A DNA stretch of 52,106 nt from Elusimicrobiota bacterium (GTDB lineage Bacteria > Elusimicrobiota > Elusimicrobia > Elusimicrobiales > UBA9959), in the NCBI GenBank assembly GCA_037137395.1, contig JBAXKK010000005.1:1-52106 (forward strand), written 5' to 3'. The notes under the pieces were generated by a model that saw only the letters and a list, made by a program, of their open reading frames with translations, did not search any database and was not told the DNA's origin. Position numbers and translations under genes: made by a program. Below, one piece after another: positions 36,280-45,167 of the stretch (position 1 is its first letter; every line of letters starts with the position of its first letter).

Positions 36280-38049
36280 ATGAAAAAGCACGCTATTTAC
36301 ACGATACTGATTTTATTTGCCGTTCCGTGCGCCCTTCCGGCCTTAACCGCCCTGCCCGGCCCTTTCGGCTCCGAAGCTAAAGTTGATAGTCCCGCGCTCG
36401 CCCCGTTTGGCGCCGGCCCGAGGTCAAAGGGGCTGAGCCTGCCGGAGAACGACAATGTGTTCAGGGCGATGAAGGACGAAATATCGCGCTCCATGAATAA
36501 ACTCAGGATGGATTCGCTGCAGAAACCTTACTTCCTGAACTACCAGGTGACGGAGGGCCGGTCGCTGGGAATAACAGCCGGTTTCGGCGCCATCGAATCG
36601 GAATATACCGCGCCCTACCGCCGCCTGAGAGTGGATCTGCGCGTCGGGTCGCCGCAGTTTGACAACAGCAATTACGCGGCCAACGTCTGGGAGGGCTACC
36701 GTGTGGAGGCTGACTGGTCGATGGCTCTGGACGACAACTACGACAGCCTGCGCTATTCCATCTGGTCCGCCACCGACAGGGCCTATAAAAAGGCCCTGGA
36801 AACTCACTCCAAAAAAAAGGCCTACAAGGAATCCAAGAACATCACGGAACTTTTCGAAGACATGACGCCCCGGCCGCCTTATCAATTATTCCGGGACGCC
36901 GGCCAGGAAACCCTGGATCAGGCGATCTGGCGCGAGAACATCCGCAAAGTGTCCGCCGTCTTCCTTAAATATCCGGCCGTCAAATACTCAAAAGTGCGCC
37001 TGAATTTTCAGTCAGGGGCCGCGCGGTTTCTGGACAGCGAAGGGTCCGCCTTTAAACGCCCCGACTGCCTTGGCTCAGTGATCATCGAGGCCAAAGCCTA
37101 TGCCCCCGACGGCTTTCTCCTGTCCGCCGGCGACGAACAGGCTTTTTGTCTCGCGAAAGACGCCCCCGCTCTGAGCACCCTGATTGAAAAAGCCGAAGAG
37201 GCGGGCCGCCTGCTTTCAGGGATGGACCGGTCTGTCCGGATAAAAGCCTATATCGGCCCCGTGCTGTTCGAGAAAGACGCGGCCGGGAAGTTCTTTGATT
37301 ATTTCCTGGTCACAAATCTGTCAAATCCGCGCGAGGTCTGGACCACGCCCAATAAATGGTCTTCGGAGGCGGTCTACAGGCGCCCGGGAGCGCTCGTGGA
37401 GCGCCTGGATATGCGCGTGCTCTCGCCTTTCTTGAGCGTCACGGACGAACCTTACGAGCGCTATTTTGAGGGCAAACCACTGATTGGTTATTATGAGGTG
37501 GATGACGAAGGCGTTCCCGCGCAAAAATTGAATCTTGTGGAAAAAGGGAAGCTTGTGGATTATTACATGTCCCGCGCGGCTACCCGCGATTTCAAAAAAT
37601 CAAACGGCCACGGCCGCGCCGACTTCCTGGACTACGCCTCCGGCTCGCCATCCAATGTGTTTATCCGGCCCGAGGCCAATTCAACCAAGGTCCTGCCGCT
37701 GCAAGAGCTTAAGAAAAAACTGATCGATATGTGCCGCGAACAGGAACTTGAGTATTGCCTTATCATAAGGGGACTGGACAACATGAACGCCCCTTTCAGC
37801 GCTTACCGGGTTTATGTAAAGGACGGCAGTGAAGACCCCGCTCACGGACTGGAATTTACCGGCACAAGCCTGCGCGCACTACGCGATATCGCGGCAGTTT
37901 CAAAAGAGATGAACGTTTATTATCCCGACTGGAGCACATCCGGTTCCATAATCTCACCCTCCATATTGGTGCAGGAAATGGAAGTAAAGAAAACCGACAG
38001 CAAACCGGAAAAAATGCCGTATCTGCCTCATCCCTACTTTAGCAAGTAG
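36280..38049 (+). CDS. TldE/PmbA-like partner with signal peptide
   Basis: Paralogous to the upstream gene (VDDEGV, SNGHGR, SPSILVQEMEVKK) but lacks HExxxH. Confidence 0.8.
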   Translation: MKKHAIYTILILFAVPCALPALTALPGPFGSEAKVDSPALAPFGAGPRSKGLSLPENDNVFRAMKDEISRSMNKLRMDSLQKPYFLNYQVTEGRSLGITAGFGAIESEYTAPYRRLRVDLRVGSPQFDNSNYAANVWEGYRVEADWSMALDDNYDSLRYSIWSATDRAYKKALETHSKKKAYKESKNITELFEDMTPRPPYQLFRDAGQETLDQAIWRENIRKVSAVFLKYPAVKYSKVRLNFQSGAARFLDSEGSAFKRPDCLGSVIIEAKAYAPDGFLLSAGDEQAFCLAKDAPALSTLIEKAEEAGRLLSGMDRSVRIKAYIGPVLFEKDAAGKFFDYFLVTNLSNPREVWTTPNKWSSEAVYRRPGALVERLDMRVLSPFLSVTDEPYERYFEGKPLIGYYEVDDEGVPAQKLNLVEKGKLVDYYMSRAATRDFKKSNGHGRADFLDYASGSPSNVFIRPEANSTKVLPLQELKKKLIDMCREQELEYCLIIRGLDNMNAPFSAYRVYVKDGSEDPAHGLEFTGTSLRALRDIAAVSKEMNVYYPDWSTSGSIISPSILVQEMEVKKTDSKPEKMPYLPHPYFSK

Positions 38050-38082
38050 AGCGCGGCAGTACGACAGCAAGACAGCGCGATA

Positions 38083-38113
38083 GTCAGCCTGAAAGTCGCG
38101 GCTGCAACTTTCC
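38083..38113. repeat. Degenerate copy of the 963-1154 element terminus
   Basis: GTCAGCCTGAAAGTCGCGGCTGCAACTTTCC matches the reverse complement of 1124-1154 at 25/31 positions, all differences transitions. Confidence 0.6.
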
Positions 38114-38169
38114 GCTTTTAAAAGCTTCGCCCTTTTTAATTCTATTTTTTCCTAAAATCTTTCATTGGA

Positions 38170-38203
38170 GAAAAAACGACCCCGACAGTACGCTGTCGGG
38201 GTC
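38170..38203 (-). terminator. Rho-independent terminator between convergent genes
   Basis: GACCCCGACAG/CTGTCGGGGTC stem with an A-run on the left (U-tract on the minus strand). Confidence 0.7.
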
Positions 38204-38304
38204 ATCTTCTACACTATATTAGATTTCCGGCCGGATAGATTATGGGGCTGTCCGGCCGGGGATTAAAAATATAAGGAAGGAGACTTGGAGCGTCCGATGG
38301 GGGG

Positions 38305-39330
38305 CTAATATGTTAAAGAAGCGAGGGCGTCCGGGATTGAAGGAGAAACAATACTGCCGATCGTGTACTCCATGATGCCTTCAAGATCGGTGCGGTGCAC
38401 GACGGCGCCGGTGCCCTGAAGGCGCGCCAGGCAGGAAGGCATCGGGTGGCCATAATTGTTCTGGCCCACGGAAATGTATGCTTCGCGGGGATGCACCGCC
38501 GCCAGAAAGGCGTCGCCGGAGGAGTACTGGCTGCCGTGGTGTCCGACCTTAAGCACATCGGCCTTGAGATCGGAACCATATCTATCGACCAACTCCGCCT
38601 CAACGTCCTCCTGCATGTCGCCGGCGAAAAGCATCGAAGTATTCTGATAGGTTATCATGAGCACTATAGAACAATCGTTCAGGAACTGACCGGAACCGCT
38701 GGATACCGGTTCCGAGCAGGAGTTTAAAACCTTAACCCGGACTTCGCCCGAATCCCAGGCCAGGGTATCGCCTGCCGCGGGGTGGACGATATTTACCCCA
38801 AGGGCCTGGGCCTTCGCTCGGATAGCCTCGTCAACGGTGGTGCCGATATTGTCCGCCTGAGTGTCAAAAAAGTTGGTAACAGGGATATTAGAGAAAACAT
38901 ACTGGAGTCCGGTGTAATGGTCGGCGTGGGGATGGGTAAGCACCACATTATCTATTTTTGCAACATTGTGTTCGCGCAGAAACGAAGCCAGATAACTGGT
39001 CTTGGATTTGGAGCGCCCCGCGTCTATAAGGGCGTTGGTCCCGTTAGGCAATTCAATGTAGGAGGAGTCGCCCTGCCCCACGTTAAGGAAATATACTTTC
39101 AGGGGGCGTACTGCGCGGACAAGATCGGCGGAGGCGGGTTGAGTGGGCTGAGGCAGAGAGGAGGATTCGATGCCGGCGGTAAACTCTTTAAGCGTGTCAA
39201 AAGCGCCGGCGTTAAGGAGCCCGGCCGATGGAAACAATATTGAGGTAAAAAGGAAAGCCGATGCCAATATCGCTTGAAGGGTTCTGATCGTCACAGTGGT
39301 CTGCGTTCTAAGTTGCATGATCTTATACAT
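38305..39330 (-). CDS. Exported ComEC/Rec2-type metallo-beta-lactamase-fold hydrolase
   Basis: VGQGDS, THPHADH, LFAGD, KVGHHGS and NNYGHP motifs; N-terminal hydrophobic helix. Confidence 0.9.
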   Translation of the reverse strand: MYKIMQLRTQTTVTIRTLQAILASAFLFTSILFPSAGLLNAGAFDTLKEFTAGIESSSLPQPTQPASADLVRAVRPLKVYFLNVGQGDSSYIELPNGTNALIDAGRSKSKTSYLASFLREHNVAKIDNVVLTHPHADHYTGLQYVFSNIPVTNFFDTQADNIGTTVDEAIRAKAQALGVNIVHPAAGDTLAWDSGEVRVKVLNSCSEPVSSGSGQFLNDCSIVLMITYQNTSMLFAGDMQEDVEAELVDRYGSDLKADVLKVGHHGSQYSSGDAFLAAVHPREAYISVGQNNYGHPMPSCLARLQGTGAVVHRTDLEGIMEYTIGSIVSPSIPDALASLTY

Positions 39331-39427
39331 CCACCTGTCGCGTCATCATTGAGCCCCATGGTGAATCCGGATTATGGTCCGGAGGTGGATGCTCCCCGGC
39401 CAATCCCGGGGATTACATGGTAAGCAT

Positions 39428-39495
39428 ATGCTAGTTGATGGATGTCAAATCCGTAAGGGCTAAAGGGCCTATACATGTATAGGCCCTTAGACCTA
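39428..39495 (-). promoter_or_regulatory. Putative promoter with tandem inverted-repeat boxes
   Basis: Minus strand: AGGTC-N4-GGCCT-N10-AGGCC-N4-AGCCC, then TTACGG - 17 nt - TAGCAT; includes a perfect 26-bp palindrome at 39463-39488. Confidence 0.55.
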
Positions 39496-39649
39496 CACCA
39501 TTTCTCCAACCTCCTTCACAAAAATAGGATTACCGATGGCACGAAATTTATTCTTTGATTGAGTTCAGAGCGGGAAACATATATAGTAATAGGGGCCGGC
39601 ACCAAGATGCCTGCGACATTTACAGATTAGGGAACGACAGGGGGGGGGC

Positions 39650-40054
39650 ATGAACAAGGAATATAATAACGAGGACTCGGAAGCGGACTCAGAGCAGGGC
39701 GCTGATCTGACCGCGGTTTCATATGACGCGACCCAAAGGGCTTTAGTCACTTCCGGAAAGGTTACCGTTGGCGGCAAGGCGGTAACGGCTGAAATATCGG
39801 GGATCGCGAGCAGCAAGGGGACGGATGGAACGATTAACCTATGGCTTTCATTGTTCCGTTTCAAGAAACCGGACGGATCGACAGAACAGGTGAACGGATT
39901 AAATATCCCCGCGACGCTGAAGCCGGGGCAGGGCGCCATCGATACGGCAAAAGCGCTGGCTTTTTTCATCAACACTTCTAAAAGTCCGTATAAGGCGACG
40001 GCAAAAGGTACCCGGTCAAGCGCCACAATAACCATTGTGTTCGCGCGAAGCTGA
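39650..40054 (+). CDS. Hypothetical protein
   Basis: 134-aa ORF preceded by a G-rich SD-like run; no motif recognised. Confidence 0.55.
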   Translation: MNKEYNNEDSEADSEQGADLTAVSYDATQRALVTSGKVTVGGKAVTAEISGIASSKGTDGTINLWLSLFRFKKPDGSTEQVNGLNIPATLKPGQGAIDTAKALAFFINTSKSPYKATAKGTRSSATITIVFARS

Positions 40055-40120
40055 GCCGCGGCTTTCCCCCGGCGCGCCGCGCCCGGGGATGGGCAAAAAA
40101 ATCCGGCAGGATATTAAACA

Positions 40121-40525
40121 ATGCAAGAGAGACAACGGATAGTGGTTCTGGATGACTACGAGGTCTTCGCGTCCCTGCTTGCCGCGGCCCTTGAATCAGA
40201 TTACGACGTCGCGGTCGGACTGAACGGCCGCGAAGGAATACAGCTTTGCCTCGCCGCCCGCACGGACCTTGTGATCACTGATATCGGCATGCCGGAACTT
40301 GACGGCATCCAAATGCTGAAGGAATTTCAAAAGGATCAGCGCCTGTCCGGCATCCCGGTGATAGTCGTCACCGCCACACACTTTAACACTCAGAGCCGAT
40401 CCGACGTAACCCGCTACCCGCAAGTCCGCGGCATTATTTCAAAGACTTCCGACATAAATTCCATAGTAGAGAAAGTCCGAAAAGTGCTGCAGACGCCTGA
40501 CGGATCCGGACCGGCAGCGAAATAA
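40121..40525 (+). CDS. Single-domain response regulator (CheY-like)
   Basis: VVLDD, TDIGMPELDG (phospho-Asp), VTA and conserved Lys. Confidence 0.9.
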   Translation: MQERQRIVVLDDYEVFASLLAAALESDYDVAVGLNGREGIQLCLAARTDLVITDIGMPELDGIQMLKEFQKDQRLSGIPVIVVTATHFNTQSRSDVTRYPQVRGIISKTSDINSIVEKVRKVLQTPDGSGPAAK

Positions 40526-40530
40526 AATAT

Positions 40531-42642
40531 TTATTTTTTGATGCCTTCCAGGTCCAAAATGAAGGCGTATTCCAGCGCGGCCAGCTTGAGAGATTCAAAA
40601 CGGCCGGACTTTCCGCCGTGGCCGACATCCATGTCGGTCTTAAGTACCAAAATATTTTTATCGGTCTTCATGTCGCGCAGCTTGGCCACCCATTTCGCCG
40701 GCTCCCAGTACTGCACCTGAGAGTCGTTTAAACCCGTGGTAACCAGAATGTTGGGATATGCCTTTTTTTCCACATTGTCGTAAGGGGAGTAGCTCTTGAT
40801 ATAATCGTAATATTGTTTTACGTTCGGGTTGCCCCATTCGTCGTATTCGCCCGTAGTAAGCGGGATATCGGGGTCCAGCATTGTGGTCAGCACGTCTACG
40901 AAGGGAACACCGGCGATAACGCCGTTGTAAAGCTGCGGCGCCATGTTCAGCACCGCGCCCATCAGGAGGCCGCCGGCGGACGCGCCGTCAGCGTAGATAT
41001 GCCCCGGCGAGGTGAAGCCCCGGTCCACCAGATACCGTGTAGCGTCTATGAAATCGTAAAAGGTGTTCATTTTCCTGAGCTGTCGCCCATCCTCATACCA
41101 GCGCCGCCCCATCTCCGAGCCGCCGCGTATGTGAGGAATGGCGTAGATAAAGCCCCGGTCCAGCAGCGAAAGCCTGAGCGAACTGAAGTCAGGATCCGTA
41201 TTGTAACCGTAGGAGCCGTAAGAGTATATAAGGACCGGATTATTGCCGGCGGTAAGATCAAGGCCCTTCCTGTAGACAATGGATAAAGGAACCTTTTCTC
41301 CGTCGCGGGCGGTAAACCACTTTCGCTTGGAAATATAGTTTTCCGGCTTAAACCCGCCCGGCACTTCCTGGCGCTTCATGAGAACGCGTTTTTTGGCGGC
41401 CATGTCATAATCGTAGACCGACTCAGGCGTGGTCATCGACTCGTAATTAAACCGCATGGTCTCGGTCTTATACTCAAAACTCTCTCCCAGATCGGCCGTA
41501 TACGCCTGCTCGTCAAACGCCACCAGATGCTCTTCTTTGGTTGTGCGGTTGATGACGCGCAGTCGCGGTAGCGCCTCACTGGTTTCCTTTAGGACCAGCC
41601 AATTCTCAAAAACATCCATGTCCTCCAGAAGAGTATCTTCCCGGTGCGGGACCAGATCTGTCCAGCCGTCTCTGCCGGTCTGGTCCGGGGAGCAGACGGA
41701 AAGCTTGAAGTTCCTCGCGTTATCGTTGTTGGAAATATAAAACACGCTGCCGCCGTCCTCCACATCGTACTCCAGTTTGGGCTGACGGGGGAAGAAGATT
41801 CGCGGCTCGGCGGATGGCTTATCCGCGTCTATCACGCGGTACTCGGTAGAGAGGGTGGCGCCGGTCCTAATAAAAATATATTTTTCGGTGATAGCTTTAG
41901 CGATGCCCAGCTCAAATGTCTCGTCAGCCTCAAAATACACCTCATGGTCCTTAAGGCTGCCCAATTCGTGACTGAAGACGCGGTTCCAGCGCAGGGTCTC
42001 GGCGTCCTGTCTGACATAAAAAAGGGTCTTATTATCGTTGGCCCATTCCATATTCCCGGCGGTGTCAGACAGCCCCTCAGAGTAAACCCTGCCGGTCGCG
42101 AGGTCTTTAAAATAGATATTGTAAAAGCGGCGGCCTTTTGTATCTACGGCGAAGGCTATCATTTTATGGTCGGGACGGATGATGGGGAAATTGACATGAT
42201 AGAAAGCCTGTCCCTTGGCCATTTCGTTGATGTTCAGCAGTATTTCCTCATTCGCAGTCAGGGAACCTTTTTTGCGGGCATAGACGGGATATTCAAACCC
42301 TTTCTGATATCTCTTGTAATAGTAGTAATCCCCGTATTTAAAGGGAACGGAAGAATCGTCCTCTTTTACGCGCGCCTTCATCTCAGCGAACAAGTCGGAT
42401 TGCAGCCGCCCGGTATGCTTTAAGACGGCTTCGGTATAGGCGTTTTCCGCCTTTAGATATTTAAGGACTTCAGGATTTTTGCGCCGACGCAGCCAGTAAT
42501 AATTGTCCGTGCGGACGTCGCCGTGTTTTTCAAGCGTATACGGAATTTTTTTGGCTTTCGGCGGCTCAACAGCCGCCGCTAAGCGTGAAAGCCCTAAAAT
42601 TATCAACGAAACAATAAGCAATCCGTAAATAACATCATTCAT
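40531..42642 (-). CDS. ptrB: Oligopeptidase B (S9A) with N-terminal signal or anchor
   Basis: DNYYWLR, HIRGG, GASAGGL, DSQVQYWEPAKW and GHGGKSGR motifs. Confidence 0.93.
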   Translation of the reverse strand: MNDVIYGLLIVSLIILGLSRLAAAVEPPKAKKIPYTLEKHGDVRTDNYYWLRRRKNPEVLKYLKAENAYTEAVLKHTGRLQSDLFAEMKARVKEDDSSVPFKYGDYYYYKRYQKGFEYPVYARKKGSLTANEEILLNINEMAKGQAFYHVNFPIIRPDHKMIAFAVDTKGRRFYNIYFKDLATGRVYSEGLSDTAGNMEWANDNKTLFYVRQDAETLRWNRVFSHELGSLKDHEVYFEADETFELGIAKAITEKYIFIRTGATLSTEYRVIDADKPSAEPRIFFPRQPKLEYDVEDGGSVFYISNNDNARNFKLSVCSPDQTGRDGWTDLVPHREDTLLEDMDVFENWLVLKETSEALPRLRVINRTTKEEHLVAFDEQAYTADLGESFEYKTETMRFNYESMTTPESVYDYDMAAKKRVLMKRQEVPGGFKPENYISKRKWFTARDGEKVPLSIVYRKGLDLTAGNNPVLIYSYGSYGYNTDPDFSSLRLSLLDRGFIYAIPHIRGGSEMGRRWYEDGRQLRKMNTFYDFIDATRYLVDRGFTSPGHIYADGASAGGLLMGAVLNMAPQLYNGVIAGVPFVDVLTTMLDPDIPLTTGEYDEWGNPNVKQYYDYIKSYSPYDNVEKKAYPNILVTTGLNDSQVQYWEPAKWVAKLRDMKTDKNILVLKTDMDVGHGGKSGRFESLKLAALEYAFILDLEGIKK

Positions 42643-42744
42643 AAATACGCGGCGTCGGTCATGGGGAGGGTTAAATTATAAGCGGGCTGACGTCCCTGGA
42701 ATACGTTGAAACCTGTTCGGCCCGCCGCTGAACAAACCGTTAGC

Positions 42745-43077
42745 TTATATTCCCATGCGGGCGAGCATCATGCAGATTTCGTTGGCAAGCTCCACCAGAG
42801 CGGGATGAGAGACCTCGAAACCTTTCACAGAGTAAGCTATCCCGGAAATGGAAAGATTCTTGCGCTCCACACTTTTATCGCCACGGGTAACTTCGTGAGC
42901 GGCAGTTTCGGTAAAGTGGGCTATGCTGCGCGCGTCATCCAGCCTGGATTCAGGCAGGGCCGCGAGCTCGGCCTTGAGCTTCGTAAGTAGCGCGACAAGT
43001 TCGGCCTTCTCTTTGCCGTCGGCGGCCTGGATTCTGGCTATCGCGGACTCTATCCTTGAAAGTGTTTCTTTTATCAT
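42745..43077 (-). CDS. DUF4404-like small helical protein
   Basis: C-terminal FEVSHP.L....I...LARMGI; SD GGAGG. Confidence 0.75.
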   Translation of the reverse strand: MIKETLSRIESAIARIQAADGKEKAELVALLTKLKAELAALPESRLDDARSIAHFTETAAHEVTRGDKSVERKNLSISGIAYSVKGFEVSHPALVELANEICMMLARMGI

Positions 43078-43277
43078 AAATCCTCCGGATTCCCATCTAT
43101 ATCCCCGCTGTTTTGGCTCAAAGGAAAAGCGCGGGGGTTAAATCATTCTATAATTTTTTGAGCTACGGGCGCGGGGGGCTTTTTTAAACTTATAAAATCG
43201 CCCCGTCTTTTTGTATTATATCGGTAAAGGTTTACTTTGAGCAAATTTAAGTCGCATCAGAGGAAGCGTCAGACGCT

Positions 43278-44519
43278 ATGGATTTTAAAAAGGCTGAACT
43301 CATCTGCACGGGCTCCGAGCTGGTTTCCAGCAAAAGCAACCGCTATGTGCCGCTCTTCGCTGCCAAGCTGCGCCCGCTTGGCTTTCGCATCTACCGCGAG
43401 CACTCGGTAGGGGACGACCTAAAAGCCATAGCTAAATTAGTTACCTGCAGCCTAAACAACGCGGATTTGGTGATAACCTGCGGCGGCTTGGGCCCCACAT
43501 TTGACGACCTTACCCGCCAGGGTGTAGCCAGAGCCCTCGGACGAAAATTAATCTATTCAAAATACGCCGAGCAGATACTTAAGAACAACTACAATTTGCG
43601 CGAACTGCCTCCGAATTTCAAAAACCAATGCCTCATAATAGACGGGGCAAAAATGGTTGAAAACGCCAACGGAACCGCTTTCGGACAAATAGTAGCCGCC
43701 GGAAAAAAGCTGCTTATACTTCTCCCCGGCCCCCAGAGCGAGTGGGCTCCGATGTTTGACACTTTTATAGCCGACAACCTAAAGGAATTTTTCAAATTAA
43801 AAGAAGGGAGTATCAGGACGCTGCGCCTCAAAGTCTCCGGTCTCATGGAAGTGGCTACAGAAAAAATCATGAAGCCGGTGATGCGGCGGTTTCCGGACGC
43901 GCAGTACACGATTCTGGCCGGCGCCAATATAGTGGAATTTATCTTTACCGTCTCCGGCAAGCTGCCGGGCGAGGCCGCCTCAAAACTCTCGGAGATAGAA
44001 AAAGCCTGCCGGAAGATTCTGGGCGGAGCGGTCTACGGCACCGATGAGGACACTCTTGAGGAAGCGGTCGGCGCCCTGCTGAAAAAAAAGAGAGCCACCG
44101 TCGCTCTGGCGGAGTCCTGCACCGGCGGAGCGGTCGCCGACGCCCTGACCGATGTACCTGGCAGTTCGGCCTATTTCATCGGCGGCGTGACAGCCTACTC
44201 CGCCAGCTCAAAAGAATCCCTCCTCGGAGTGAAAAAGAGCACGATACTAAAAGAGGGGGCGGTCTCAGCCAGGTGCGCGGCCGAGATGGCCGAAGGCGCC
44301 CGCCGCCTTTTCAAAACCGATTATGCCGTGTCCGTCACCGGAATAGCCGGGCCTGATGGCGGAACGAAGGAGATGCCGGTAGGCCGGGTCTGCTTCGCCG
44401 TGGCCGGGCGCGGTATTAAAACCCGGACCTTTACCCGCAATTTCCGGCACACGCGCGGCGACATAAAACGCTGCTCCGTAAATTTTGCTTTAGACGCGTT
44501 AAGAAAAATAATACAATAG
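43278..44519 (+). CDS. cinA: CinA-like protein (MoCF-like domain plus NMN deamidase)
   Basis: GSEL, GGLGPTFDDLTR, LPGP, AESCTGG and TGIAGP motifs. Confidence 0.93.
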   Translation: MDFKKAELICTGSELVSSKSNRYVPLFAAKLRPLGFRIYREHSVGDDLKAIAKLVTCSLNNADLVITCGGLGPTFDDLTRQGVARALGRKLIYSKYAEQILKNNYNLRELPPNFKNQCLIIDGAKMVENANGTAFGQIVAAGKKLLILLPGPQSEWAPMFDTFIADNLKEFFKLKEGSIRTLRLKVSGLMEVATEKIMKPVMRRFPDAQYTILAGANIVEFIFTVSGKLPGEAASKLSEIEKACRKILGGAVYGTDEDTLEEAVGALLKKKRATVALAESCTGGAVADALTDVPGSSAYFIGGVTAYSASSKESLLGVKKSTILKEGAVSARCAAEMAEGARRLFKTDYAVSVTGIAGPDGGTKEMPVGRVCFAVAGRGIKTRTFTRNFRHTRGDIKRCSVNFALDALRKIIQ

Positions 44520-44585
44520 CGCTATACGGAACGCCTTCAAACAGGCGATATCTGCCTATAGCTACGAGAGTAAGGAGATTGGACT

Positions 44586-45158
44586 ATGAATAAAAAAATG
44601 ATTTTGATTGTTACGGCGGCTCATGTGATGGCCTTCGCTTATTACGGCTGCAAAAAAAGCGAAGCTTCCAACCCGCAGGCAGGCTCCCCGCAAACAGAAA
44701 TAGCGGCGCAAGCGCTGCCGGTGAAGAGCACAGATAAGGCCTATACAAAAAATCAATCATACTTCAGGCTTCCCGGCTACAAAGGCGGAGAAATAGATCT
44801 GGCTTCTTACGCCGGCAAGCCGGTTATGCTGATGTTCTTCACAGAAGGCTGCCCGTTCTGCCGGAAGGCCGCGCCCTTTATAGAAGCGATGAATAAAAAA
44901 TACTCGCAAAAGGGACTTAACGTAATCGGAATCTGCGTGGAAGATGAAGCGGCAGCCGCTGAAGGTTTCGCTAAAGATTTCGCCCTGACTTTTCCCGTCG
45001 CCTACAGGGGAGGCGAAGTATCGCGCAAATATAAGACCCAGGGTGTCCCATACATCTTTATTTTAAATAAGGCTCACGCGGTGCACAATGTGTGGGCGGG
45101 CTACGACCCGGAGTTTGACACCGCTATCATCGGGGGCATTGAAGAAGTTATAAAGTAA
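44586..45158 (+). CDS. TlpA/ResA-like thioredoxin-fold lipoprotein
   Basis: Lipobox-like YGC; GKPVMLMFF..GCPFC; GVP. Confidence 0.85.
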   Translation: MNKKMILIVTAAHVMAFAYYGCKKSEASNPQAGSPQTEIAAQALPVKSTDKAYTKNQSYFRLPGYKGGEIDLASYAGKPVMLMFFTEGCPFCRKAAPFIEAMNKKYSQKGLNVIGICVEDEAAAAEGFAKDFALTFPVAYRGGEVSRKYKTQGVPYIFILNKAHAVHNVWAGYDPEFDTAIIGGIEEVIK

Positions 45159-45167
45159 ATACCGCCT

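Noticed and set aside
40121..40525. Response regulator as the binder of the tandem boxes
   Set aside because: Receiver domain only, with no DNA-binding domain
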